This document shows positions 17,374 through 26,069 of a DNA stretch of 64,000 nucleotides, in pieces. The notes under the pieces are model-generated. The model was not told the DNA's origin, made no database searches, and was given only the letters and a program-made list of their open reading frames with translations. How positions within the stretch are numbered: position 1 is the stretch's first letter; the number at the start of each line of letters is the position of its first letter. Source of the DNA: a virus (Duplodnaviria; Caudoviricetes); IMG/VR virus record IMGVR_UViG_3300018089_000001, positions 32,001 to 96,000 of that record; one strand, 5' to 3'. The position numbers and the translations under genes were made by a program.

Positions 17374-17864
17374 AGGCCCATCGCGATGTTGATCGCGCTC
17401 CATAGGTCCACGCACGTCGAGTCGCTGGGGTCATGCAACGCATGCCTGAAGTCGGGGTACTCACGGAGGTACATCTTGAAGGACGCGCCTCCGTGCCTGA
17501 CGTTGGCCAGGCGGTCAGCCAGCTTCAGCCGGACCGCGCGCGGACCAGCCGCCCGAATCTTCGGATAGGTCAGGGCGTTGCGGACCCTCCTGTTGAGGCC
17601 CTCTTCCGAGGTGACGGCCCCCACCAGCGCCGCCACGTCCTCCCCGAAGTTCTCCTCGACGTCCCGGAGCTTGACGTCCGTGTCCTCCACGATGTCGTGG
17701 AGCCATGCGGCGGTGAGGTCGACGTAGTCCGCCACCCCGAACTCCAGGAGAATCCGCTCGACGTCCTGGAGGTGATGCGTGTACGGGACGTTCCCGTACA
17801 GCTGCCCCTTCCGAATGACGTGATGGAGCGTGGCGTAGGCCTTAGCGGCCGACAGCGCGTCCAC
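17370..17864 (-). CDS. RelA/SpoT-type HD hydrolase (small alarmone hydrolase / Mesh1-like)
   Basis: PYTHH, AAWLHDIVEDT, LKLADRLAN. Confidence 0.85.
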   Translation of the reverse strand: MDALSAAKAYATLHHVIRKGQLYGNVPYTHHLQDVERILLEFGVADYVDLTAAWLHDIVEDTDVKLRDVEENFGEDVAALVGAVTSEEGLNRRVRNALTYPKIRAAGPRAVRLKLADRLANVRHGGASFKMYLREYPDFRHALHDPSDSTCVDLWSAINIAMGL

Positions 17865-17867
17865 GGA

Positions 17868-18140
17868 TCAGTACCTCGTCTTCTCGACGAAGCCCTTCCT
17901 GGGTATACGCCAGGAATACCTGGCGATGATTCGGCCCTCCTCGGGGAGCTGCTTGAGGGTGAAGCCGCCATCGCGGCTGCTCTCCATGGGGAAGCGCTCC
18001 ACGGCTTCCTCGAGTGCCCTCAGGGCCTTATCGAGGTCCGTGTAATAGCAGTCATTACTCGCGACCGCCAGCATATCGGGCTGGGGCTGACAGATGCTCG
18101 AGATGTTGTGACCGCTGTTGTTCAGTATGACGTACCGCAT
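17868..18140 (-). CDS. Hypothetical protein
   Basis: ORF track; ATG 6 nt after an extended -10. Confidence 0.5.
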   Translation of the reverse strand: MRYVILNNSGHNISSICQPQPDMLAVASNDCYYTDLDKALRALEEAVERFPMESSRDGGFTLKQLPEEGRIIARYSWRIPRKGFVEKTRY

Positions 18141-18146
18141 GCCCAC

Positions 18147-18155
18147 ATCATATCA
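18147..18155 (-). promoter_or_regulatory. Extended -10 promoter (TGATATGAT), leaderless geometry
   Basis: TGnTAnnAT match 6 nt before ATG. Confidence 0.45.
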
Positions 18156-18626
18156 CCTGCCGCCCTTGATGACAGCTCCGGGAGATATGAATATGCCGAG
18201 ACGAGCAGCGTTGTCGAGCGCACCGGGGCGGGCCACACACGCCCTCTCATCGAGGCATCGGCCGAAGCCGACGGGACCCTTCTGCGTGTCGACGACGCTT
18301 CCGCACAGGGCGCACGGGGCCGGTTTGAGCAGGGTGCTGTGGTGCAGCATCCCGGGCCTCGCGAGACGCTCGAACTTCCCCGCGACGGAGTCGTTGACCC
18401 GGCGCCAGTCGATCACTCCGAGACGGGAGAGGAGGTCAGCCACGGCGAGGATGTCAGTGATCTCGTCCTCGAGGGACGTCTTATTGTCGATCCCGCTGTA
18501 CGGGCTGACGCTGCTCACGCCGTGCCGGAGGATCTTTCCGACCCGCTGGACCACCTCGCCGCACTCCTCCGCGAGGATCGCCAGTAGCTCCGCGACCTCG
18601 GGGTCCAATCGATTGTAGTGCTCCAC
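18153..18626 (-). CDS. MazG-like pyrophosphatase
   Basis: ILAEECGEVVQ...KILRHG...LEDEITD. Confidence 0.75.
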   Translation of the reverse strand: MEHYNRLDPEVAELLAILAEECGEVVQRVGKILRHGVSSVSPYSGIDNKTSLEDEITDILAVADLLSRLGVIDWRRVNDSVAGKFERLARPGMLHHSTLLKPAPCALCGSVVDTQKGPVGFGRCLDERACVARPGALDNAARLGIFISPGAVIKGGR

Positions 18627-18637
18627 GGTGCCCTTTC

Positions 18638-20404
18638 TCAGACGTCACACTGGCCGCTTCGGCAGGCGTCGTTCCCGCCGGCCTGCGAGATTGACTGGAA
18701 GACGATCTCCTCCGCGCGCTCCCTGTCGAGGGGAGTCAGCGGCTGGTTCTCGCGGCTGCCGACCGGATACACGGTGACGCCCTTGAGGTCAGGGAGGAAC
18801 TCCATGAGCAGATCGGACAGCTCCTCACCGGTTGTCCCGGGCGGCAGATTGATGGTCTTGCTGACCGCGTTGTCGACGTGGCGCTGGCAGGTCCGCTGCA
18901 TCTCCAGGTGGTCACGCATGGAGAGGTCGTAGGCGTTCTGGAAGTTCTCCGTCGAGCGTCCCTCGGCCACGTACCGCTTGAACAGCGGGTCCGCGACCAC
19001 CTCCATGGCGATCTCCGCGCCCTTCCGGTACCTCCGCTCGTACGCCATCGCGAAGATCGACTCGATCCCGGAGCTGACCTCGCTCACCATCGAGATGGTC
19101 CCAGTCGGAGCGATCGTGTTGAGGGCGCAGTTGCGGATGCCGTTCCGCCTGATCCGCTCCCTAATCGACGGCTTGAGGGTCTTGGTGAACCCAGACTTGA
19201 GGAACTCGTCGGCCTTGAAGGCCGGGAACGGACCCTTCTCGATCGCCAGATCCACGGAGGCGTCGTACGACTCGTTCTTCAGGAACTTGAAGAGCTTGTC
19301 GACGAACTCGAGGCCCTCGACGGAGTTGTACTTCAGGCCCAGCTCGATGAGCATGTGATGCAGGCCCATGACGCCGAGTCCGATCCGGCGGAGCTGCGAG
19401 GTCTTGGCCTGCACCTCCGGAAGCGGGTAGCTGTTCACGGTCAGCACGTCGTCCAGGAACCTCACGCCGAGCCTGATGGTCTCGCGGAGGGCGTCCCAGT
19501 CGAGCTCCCGCCGGCCGGTGTGGGAGACGTGGTCGATCGTCCTGACGAACCTCGGCAGGACCAGGTGACCGAGACAGCAGCAGTCATACGGGGACATCCA
19601 GATCTCGCCGCACGGGTTGGTGCTGACGAGCGGCTCGACATACCAGATGTTCGACATCCGATTCGCGAGGTAGCCGTTCAGGAGACCCGGCTCGCCGCCC
19701 CTCAGGGCGTTCTCCACGATCCTATTCCAGATGTCCCGGGCCGGGATGGACCCAACCTGCTTCCCCCCGAACGTCAGGGGGAGGTCCCACCCAGCTCGGA
19801 CGTACTCGAACAGCAGCTCCGGGTCCTGATCGAGGACCACAGAGACGTTGGCGTTGTTGAGCTCGTGGAGGTCCAGCTTCTTGTCGAGGAACTCTACGAT
19901 GTCCGGGTGGGAGATCCGCAGGCACTGCATCAACGCGATGCGGCGGCCGCCGCCCGCTCCGATGACGTCGCCCACCGAGTTCTGGGCCACCATGAGGGAG
20001 ACGGCCCCCGTGGCCTCGCCGCCGGTCCCCACGATGAACGCGCCGCGCTGCCTGATCTCGCTGAAGTTAGCCCCGATGCCGCCGCCGGTTCCCGCGATGA
20101 CCACGGTGTCGTAGAGGGTCTTCCCCCATGCCTCGCGGCTGTCACCGGTCGGAATCACGAAGCAGTTCAGTAGCTGGCCCCTGGCCCTCCCGGAGCCATA
20201 CCAGATCCTACCGCCGGGCATGAAGAGGTTGTCCAGGAGGGCCTGCTTGAATGCCTCGAACCACCTGACGCGGGCCTCCCCCACCTCGGCAGCTGCCACG
20301 TGCCAGGAGACGCGCTTGCATGCATCGGCCCATGGCTCATCGGGGTACGCCGCATGGCGTGACGCGAAGATCTGTCGGGCGAAGCCCGTCGGCTCGTAGC
20401 TCAT
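18638..20404 (-). CDS. nrdJ: Ribonucleotide reductase, class II (B12-dependent) type
   Basis: PGGRI, LLNCF, TNPCGE, IAPTGT, VDNAVSKTIN, C-terminal CRSGQC; no nrdB in window. Confidence 0.85.
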   Translation of the reverse strand: MSYEPTGFARQIFASRHAAYPDEPWADACKRVSWHVAAAEVGEARVRWFEAFKQALLDNLFMPGGRIWYGSGRARGQLLNCFVIPTGDSREAWGKTLYDTVVIAGTGGGIGANFSEIRQRGAFIVGTGGEATGAVSLMVAQNSVGDVIGAGGGRRIALMQCLRISHPDIVEFLDKKLDLHELNNANVSVVLDQDPELLFEYVRAGWDLPLTFGGKQVGSIPARDIWNRIVENALRGGEPGLLNGYLANRMSNIWYVEPLVSTNPCGEIWMSPYDCCCLGHLVLPRFVRTIDHVSHTGRRELDWDALRETIRLGVRFLDDVLTVNSYPLPEVQAKTSQLRRIGLGVMGLHHMLIELGLKYNSVEGLEFVDKLFKFLKNESYDASVDLAIEKGPFPAFKADEFLKSGFTKTLKPSIRERIRRNGIRNCALNTIAPTGTISMVSEVSSGIESIFAMAYERRYRKGAEIAMEVVADPLFKRYVAEGRSTENFQNAYDLSMRDHLEMQRTCQRHVDNAVSKTINLPPGTTGEELSDLLMEFLPDLKGVTVYPVGSRENQPLTPLDRERAEEIVFQSISQAGGNDACRSGQCDV

Positions 20405-21804
20405 CCGACCTCCGAAATGCGCTCCGCCTTCTCGACGGGCCTCCTGCTGAACTCCTTCAGGCGGTCGCCCAGGAACTTGCGCATGCCCTCCTCACCGGTG
20501 CTCTTGACGAGCATCGTGACCGCGTCGGCGTCGCTGTCCATCAGCGTCACGCGGACGCTCTCCCTCGTCTGGAGGAGGAACGGGAGGACGATCCCGTCGG
20601 GACCGAAGCGGCTCTTCGCGAGGAAGAGCCGGCCCGTCCCGTTCATCTTGTCCTCGGCGGTGCGGGAGATCGTGAAGATGCCGTCGCAGACCGTCGCCTT
20701 GGCGTAGGACTCCGCGATGGAGCTGATGGTGACGATCTCGAGATCGAGGCCGCCGCGGTTGGTCTGGTCCGCGGTGATGACGACGCAGTTGAGCTCCTGG
20801 CCGAGCCCCCGGAGGTTCTCGTAGTTACTCTCCAGCTCGTGCCGCTTCTCGCCGTAGCTCCGCACGGGCCGCAGGCAGTCCGCGTAGTCGATGACGATCG
20901 CGTCGGGCTTGAAGTTCTTCGTCGCGATCAGGCGCTGGACATGGGACCGGATGGTCTCGACCGTGGCCGTCTTCGTCGGCCACTCCTTGATGAGGAGCCG
21001 GCCCTTCATCCGCTCCTTGATCGAGGCCTTGACCCTGTCGACGTCCCTCGGGACGTCGTCGATCGCCACGCCGCCGAACCAGCTGTCGTGCCGGAGGCCG
21101 ATCTTGAAGTCCGACATCTCGAGCGTCACGTATAGGACGTTGAGGCCCTGGGCGGCCAGCGCGGCGCTGACGTTCACCAGGAACATCGACTTGCCGGCGC
21201 CCGTCGGGGCGATGAACGTGACGAGGGTCTTCCGCTCCCAGCCGCCGCCGAGGTACTTGTCCAGCGTCGGCCAGCCGGTCGAGATGGGCTCGCGGACCGC
21301 CTTGGCGACGCGGACGTCGATGTCCTCGCCGTAGTCGTGGCCGTGGTCGCGGGGTGAGCCGCGGTCGAGGGCCTCGCGGATCGTCCCGGCGATGCTGTCG
21401 TACTTCTTGTTCTCGACCTGCTCCAGGCACTTGCCGAGGGCGCTGATGAGCTGCTGCCTCTTGCAGAACTCCAGCGAGCTCTCCTGGATCCAGGCCCGGT
21501 CCCCGTTGAGCGGGACCTCGGTCATCCGCTTGACGAGGTCCGTGGCCATCGCCATGGCCGCCGGGTCGTCGTCCTGCTGTCTCAGCTGCAGCAGGGAGAC
21601 CTCCATGCCCGGGAACTCTCGGTACTTGGCCCGGTGGTCGAATAGCACGCGGGCCAACCCCCGGAGGTGGGCGTACGTGAAGTACTCCGGGCTGAAGACC
21701 TCGAACATGCTCTCGGCGTACGTCGGGTCCTCGAAAAGCGCTTGAAGTACGCGCTCCTGATATCCCCGCCCCAGCTCCTCGAACGACCTCACGGCTTCAC
21801 TCAC
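20401..21804 (-). CDS. DnaB/gp41-like replicative helicase
   Basis: APTGAGKS, YVTLEM, IVIDYAD, ADQTNR, KSRFG. Confidence 0.9.
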   Translation of the reverse strand: MSEAVRSFEELGRGYQERVLQALFEDPTYAESMFEVFSPEYFTYAHLRGLARVLFDHRAKYREFPGMEVSLLQLRQQDDDPAAMAMATDLVKRMTEVPLNGDRAWIQESSLEFCKRQQLISALGKCLEQVENKKYDSIAGTIREALDRGSPRDHGHDYGEDIDVRVAKAVREPISTGWPTLDKYLGGGWERKTLVTFIAPTGAGKSMFLVNVSAALAAQGLNVLYVTLEMSDFKIGLRHDSWFGGVAIDDVPRDVDRVKASIKERMKGRLLIKEWPTKTATVETIRSHVQRLIATKNFKPDAIVIDYADCLRPVRSYGEKRHELESNYENLRGLGQELNCVVITADQTNRGGLDLEIVTISSIAESYAKATVCDGIFTISRTAEDKMNGTGRLFLAKSRFGPDGIVLPFLLQTRESVRVTLMDSDADAVTMLVKSTGEEGMRKFLGDRLKEFSRRPVEKAERISEVG

Positions 21805-21874
21805 TCGCCACCCCTCCGCAAAAAAAGCCTCCGCGAGGAGGCCGATCATACGCTCAATCGGATCAACGAAACCG

Positions 21875-23005
21875 TCAGGACTCAGCGGGAGGGGTCTCGC
21901 CCTCAGGTAGTCCGCCAGTTCCTGCGGCCTCTCCGGTATCCACCGGGTCCGCAGCCTTCGTCTCAGCAAGCACCCTCCGCCGCCGGTGCACGAACTCCCG
22001 GAAGACGTTCACGAACCCGTCGCCCTTGAAGGCCACGCCGTCGCGGACGATCCGCACCCTGAACTCGACCTCCTTGCATCCGAGGTCGAGGCGCAGCGCC
22101 TCGCGGCCCTGCCGCGCAGCGGTCGCGCTCAGCATTGGGGCAGATAGGTCAACGAGAGTGAGATTCTCGAGGAAACGGGATTTCTCCGCCGCGAGGCGCT
22201 TTCCCAATGTCGGGCTAAGCTCGTGGTCGATCTTGTCCGTGATCGTAGCCGGTCCACACAGCTTCTGCGCCAGCTCCGGGAAGAGCTTGACGACGGTCCT
22301 GACGCCGAATCCCCGTATCCCCTCGATATTATCACTCTTGTCGCCGGTCAGCGCCTTCACCAACCTGAAGTTCTCCGGGAGCACGGCGTATTCTGAGATG
22401 AACGCCTCGCGGTCGTACATCTTCGCCTTCACGGGCGAGTACACCCGCACCTCAGACACACGCGGGGTGCATCTCTCGGAGCATCCGTCAGCGTGGTTCT
22501 CCTCGGAGCAGCCGCCGGACGCCTCGCGGACCAGCTGGAGCATGTCCTGATCCGTCGTGACGATGACGCAGCCGCCGGGGTGATTCATCTTACCCGCGAG
22601 GTAGGCGATGAGGTCGTCGGCCTCCACCCCGTCCGCCCGCACCTGCGGGACGCCGAGCATCGTGAGGTAGTCCTGGGCGACGTTCCGCTGACGACGCATG
22701 TTCTCCATGCGCTGCTCCGGCGTCTCCCCGAAGTCGTTCTCCTCCCTCTCGTTGAGGCGGACGGTCCGCCCGGCCTTGTAGGAGGAGAGGATGGACTTCC
22801 GACGCTGCGATCCCCCCTGTCCGTCCCAGACGACGAGGCAGTTCGAGGCCTGAAAGTCGTTGATGATCTTCCGCACCGAGACGACCATCCCGGTCGCCCC
22901 TCCCATCCGCTCCCCGTGCGAGTCCGTATAGGGGGAGCGCACGTAGTTGCGGATGAAAGCGTTATGCCCGTCGATGAGGACGAGCGGACCGGTTGACTTA
23001 CCCAT
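21875..23005 (-). CDS. 5'-3' exonuclease / flap endonuclease (T4 RNase H / PolA N-domain-like)
   Basis: LIDGHN, VWDG, YKAGR, EADD, TTDQD, GDKSDNIEG. Confidence 0.9.
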   Translation of the reverse strand: MGKSTGPLVLIDGHNAFIRNYVRSPYTDSHGERMGGATGMVVSVRKIINDFQASNCLVVWDGQGGSQRRKSILSSYKAGRTVRLNEREENDFGETPEQRMENMRRQRNVAQDYLTMLGVPQVRADGVEADDLIAYLAGKMNHPGGCVIVTTDQDMLQLVREASGGCSEENHADGCSERCTPRVSEVRVYSPVKAKMYDREAFISEYAVLPENFRLVKALTGDKSDNIEGIRGFGVRTVVKLFPELAQKLCGPATITDKIDHELSPTLGKRLAAEKSRFLENLTLVDLSAPMLSATAARQGREALRLDLGCKEVEFRVRIVRDGVAFKGDGFVNVFREFVHRRRRVLAETKAADPVDTGEAAGTGGLPEGETPPAES

Positions 23006-23246
23006 CGGAATCCTCGGTTGCGGGAAACAGGGGCCCAGGGATCACCCCCCTGATCACAGGAAACACGACCGTCCTGAACTCGAAGGTCCCCTTCCCGGGG
23101 ACGAAGCGCGGCCCGTGGATGATGAGATCGGGACAAGGGTCGCAGTCGTCCCTGGGGTCGAAGCAGCTGAGGACATGGACCCTCTTGTTGTGGTCGGCCT
23201 CGCAGCGATACTGCCGATCACACCAACAGCGATGCAGGTGGGCCAT
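22998..23246 (-). CDS. Small Cys/His-rich hypothetical protein
   Basis: ORF track. Confidence 0.45.
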   Translation of the reverse strand: MAHLHRCWCDRQYRCEADHNKRVHVLSCFDPRDDCDPCPDLIIHGPRFVPGKGTFEFRTVVFPVIRGVIPGPLFPATEDSDG

Positions 23247-23617
23247 CAGCGCCGCCGGACCGTCACGTGTCGGAGCTCGACGCCCTGGATGATGTTGTCC
23301 TCACCCTCGGGGTTGTAGCTCAGCTCGAGGAAGGGGATCAGGCGCGCCTCGAGCCACACGATGTCGTACTCCTCAGTCACCTCGCCTTCGCTGTCGAGGA
23401 GCTTTAGGATCGCGTGTGTGCCGTCCAGGGGGAGCTCACTGAGGTCGGTGTTCTTGAGGGCGCGAAGCTGCACGGTCATCACGAGCCCGAAGTGTTCGCT
23501 CAGGCGGCAGGCGATCGCCTTCAAGCGGAAGGACTCGCAGCCGCTATTCTGGAAGACCCAGCGGAAGTTCCGTGCGGGATCGTACCTCTTCGTGAGGTTC
23601 TCTTCGTCGTCGGACAT
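23246..23617 (-). CDS. Divergent, shortened paralog of the tail tube protein
   Basis: YDPARNFRW..SGCESFRLK / LKLLDSEGEVTEEYDI / ELSY align with 45251..45742. Confidence 0.6.
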   Translation of the reverse strand: MSDDEENLTKRYDPARNFRWVFQNSGCESFRLKAIACRLSEHFGLVMTVQLRALKNTDLSELPLDGTHAILKLLDSEGEVTEEYDIVWLEARLIPFLELSYNPEGEDNIIQGVELRHVTVRRR

Positions 23618-23618
23618 G

Positions 23619-23899
23619 TCACACCTTCTTGAAAAGCGGTTTCGTGTTGGGTCCGCGACCCTCAGTCCCTCTCGCTCAGAGCAACGACTCGAAAGTTTGA
23701 CAGCAACCTAACGAACTGCCTCATCTGCTCTGCGCTTCCGATGATGGCTTTCGAAAATGTCTGCATCTCCTCAGCGTTCGGAACGGACACCATTCCGAGG
23801 TTTCCGAGCTCTTCGAATACGTCAGCCATCTCAGCGAACCTGCTCAGGAGGAATCGATACTGCTGGCTTGCGTCCATCTCACACCTTCTTGAAGAGCGG
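23619..23899. repeat. 21-bp direct repeat (23619-23639 and 23879-23899) flanking an inserted ORF
   Basis: TCACACCTTCTTGAA(A/G)AGCGG, both copies encoding PLFKKV-stop on the minus strand. Confidence 0.75.
23662..23877 (-). CDS. Small hypothetical protein, lower GC
   Basis: MDASQQYRFLL...; lies between the direct repeats. Confidence 0.5.
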   Translation of the reverse strand: MDASQQYRFLLSRFAEMADVFEELGNLGMVSVPNAEEMQTFSKAIIGSAEQMRQFVRLLSNFRVVALSERD

Positions 23900-24475
23900 G
23901 CGGGGGTTCGGGCCGGGCGTGACCTGCCTCGACTCTGTCCCGTGGAACAGCGGTCTCGGGTTAAAGACCTTCCCCTGCACATGAGTGTCTTCCACCACCT
24001 TAGCTGAGAACATCCACTGTTGCCAGTATTTCCGATATGCGTCCGCACCAGCAAGAAACGGTTTAACCAGAGTCTGGTAGCACAGAATCGGATTCTTGAC
24101 AGCCTCTACGGGATCCATCCTCTTCAAGATATCACGGATCAGAGCATAAGGCGGGACTCCCTCGACGGGCCACTCGCCTTCGTCCACTGCCCTCTTCACC
24201 TTGGGGTCGAAGACGGCCCGGAGCGTCTGCACCTGGGCCGGGGTCAGCCTCTTCAGGTCGATGGCGTGGACCTGGTTATGGTAGTTTGGATGCAGCACGA
24301 GCACGTACTTGCTCGGGTCGCTGGGCGGCTCGGGCTTCGGTTGGACGACCTGGGTGGTCCGCAGGACCGTCCCGTCGGGCTGTCGCACGTTCTGGAACAC
24401 CCGCCGGGGCCTCTTGGGGGGCTTCGCCGGCGGGCGGTAGGTGAACGTGATGAACTGGCCGGCCTCGAACCTCAC
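23879..24475 (-). CDS. Hypothetical protein (possibly gp2 DNA end-protector-like)
   Basis: G.FITFTY...YVLVL.....HAIDL pattern; weak. Confidence 0.4.
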   Translation of the reverse strand: MRFEAGQFITFTYRPPAKPPKRPRRVFQNVRQPDGTVLRTTQVVQPKPEPPSDPSKYVLVLHPNYHNQVHAIDLKRLTPAQVQTLRAVFDPKVKRAVDEGEWPVEGVPPYALIRDILKRMDPVEAVKNPILCYQTLVKPFLAGADAYRKYWQQWMFSAKVVEDTHVQGKVFNPRPLFHGTESRQVTPGPNPRPLFKKV

Positions 24476-24678
24476 GGTGCCTCCTCCGCCCAGAGGATGT
24501 GCTCCGCGTCACGCTCGACGCAGTAGCAGGGGCGGGCCGCGGCCAGCTGCGCCTGGGCGTCGCTATAGACGGGTCTGCCGTCCCTGTGCTCAACCCAGAT
24601 GAAGGCCGTCTCCCAGTCCGCCGGCGGGCACAGCCCCGTCTGTCGGTTGATCCTGAGCACCGTGAGCTTCCGACTCAC
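24472..24678 (-). CDS. Small hypothetical protein
   Basis: GTGA overlaps at both ends. Confidence 0.5.
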   Translation of the reverse strand: MSRKLTVLRINRQTGLCPPADWETAFIWVEHRDGRPVYSDAQAQLAAARPCYCVERDAEHILWAEEAP

Positions 24679-26069
24679 CGCGTCCACCTCTGCCCGTCGC
24701 CCCACGGCCGCTCGGTGCCAGCAGGGACCCTATCGACCATCCGGGCCACCCCGCCCGACAGCGTGTTCGAGGCCTGGATGACGTCGTCGGCCGCGTCGTC
24801 GTCGGTGTTCAGCTGCATCGCGACCGGCATGGTCGGGGTCGCTCCCGTGTCCGAGAACGAGTTGCCCGTGATCTCCGCGAAGTTGATCCTCGCGTTTCCG
24901 TTCCCGCCCAGGACCACGCCGTGCTGGCCGAAGTTCGAGATCGAGTTGCTGCGGATGACGGCGGACCGGACCGGTCCGAGCTCGCGGGTCGCCCTGATGA
25001 AGACGCCCGGGGCGAACCCGGGCCGACCGGCTCCGACGATGCGGTTGCCCGCGATAGCGATGTCCCTGACGCACACTCCGGAGACCCCGATCATGGGTTG
25101 GTCCGTCCGTAGGTCGTTGGCGATCACGGAGACCGACCCGGGCATCTGGTCGACCTCGGTCCCGGCGACCTGGACGATGCTACCCCCGTCGTATGACGGT
25201 GCGGCGGTCGCGTGGATCGTGTTCCTATGGACGAGGATCCTGTCGCAGGTGCGGTACACGTACACGGACGGCTTGCTCGAGGCGTTGACGCCGACGTTGT
25301 CGGCGTAGACGACGTCGGTGATCCAGAGGATCAGGGCCGCCCCGTTCACCACGTTCCGGGTGACGGTCCAACCGGAGCTGCGCACGGCCGCGGAGGTCCC
25401 GGTCATGGTGAGGACGAAGTCGTCCGAGGCGCCCAGGGTGTCGAACAGGCAGTCCGTGATCGTCACGTCGTCGATCGGCTTCCCGTTGACGCCGTCGGAC
25501 TCCGAGTCGAACTGCTGGGCCGCGTTGCCGACGAACTGGGACTTGGTGAACGTCCCTCCGGCGGTGCCGCCCCCAAGGGTCAGGCCGTTCCGGCCGTTCG
25601 AGCGGGCCAGGCAGTCGAACATCGTCACGTCGTCGGAGCCGTCATACGCGTAGAACCCGTCGCCGCAGAAGTTCTCCGCGGTCACGTGCCGGAGGGTCAT
25701 CCGCGGTCCCTGCTTGGCGAAGATCCCCGCCTGGTGTGGGTTCCCCTGCGGCTGGTTAGCCCTGTTCCCGTCGACCGTCAGGTTGACCGCGGTGAACCCC
25801 GGGGATGAGACCTGCACCATGCTCATCGAGCCCACCACGTTGGGAGCCAGCAGCAGCCGGGTGCCCTGCCTCGTGTCACCGCGGAGGACCGTGCCCGGCC
25901 TGGTCTGGACGCACCAGGGCCGCCCCTCCGTCGGGGTGAGTCGGTACGTCCCGTCCGGGAAACGGACGGCGTCGGATCCACCCGCCGCGTCGATGGCGCG
26001 CTGCACCGCGACGCGGTCGTCAGTCACGCCGTCGCCGACGGCCCCGAAGTCCCTCACGTTGATCGTCAT
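24675..26069 (-). CDS. Right-handed beta-helix (pectate lyase 3-like) protein, putative depolymerase
   Basis: NVRDFGAVGDGVTDD..AVQRAIDAA, FPDGTY, repeated Asn-ladder strands. Confidence 0.8.
   Translation of the reverse strand: MTINVRDFGAVGDGVTDDRVAVQRAIDAAGGSDAVRFPDGTYRLTPTEGRPWCVQTRPGTVLRGDTRQGTRLLLAPNVVGSMSMVQVSSPGFTAVNLTVDGNRANQPQGNPHQAGIFAKQGPRMTLRHVTAENFCGDGFYAYDGSDDVTMFDCLARSNGRNGLTLGGGTAGGTFTKSQFVGNAAQQFDSESDGVNGKPIDDVTITDCLFDTLGASDDFVLTMTGTSAAVRSSGWTVTRNVVNGAALILWITDVVYADNVGVNASSKPSVYVYRTCDRILVHRNTIHATAAPSYDGGSIVQVAGTEVDQMPGSVSVIANDLRTDQPMIGVSGVCVRDIAIAGNRIVGAGRPGFAPGVFIRATRELGPVRSAVIRSNSISNFGQHGVVLGGNGNARINFAEITGNSFSDTGATPTMPVAMQLNTDDDAADDVIQASNTLSGGVARMVDRVPAGTERPWGDGQRWTR

Noticed and set aside
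22455-22530. Cys-rich insertion in the 5'-3' exonuclease as an intein remnant
   Set aside because: Only about 25 aa with no intein motifs; more likely a loop or small metal-binding insert
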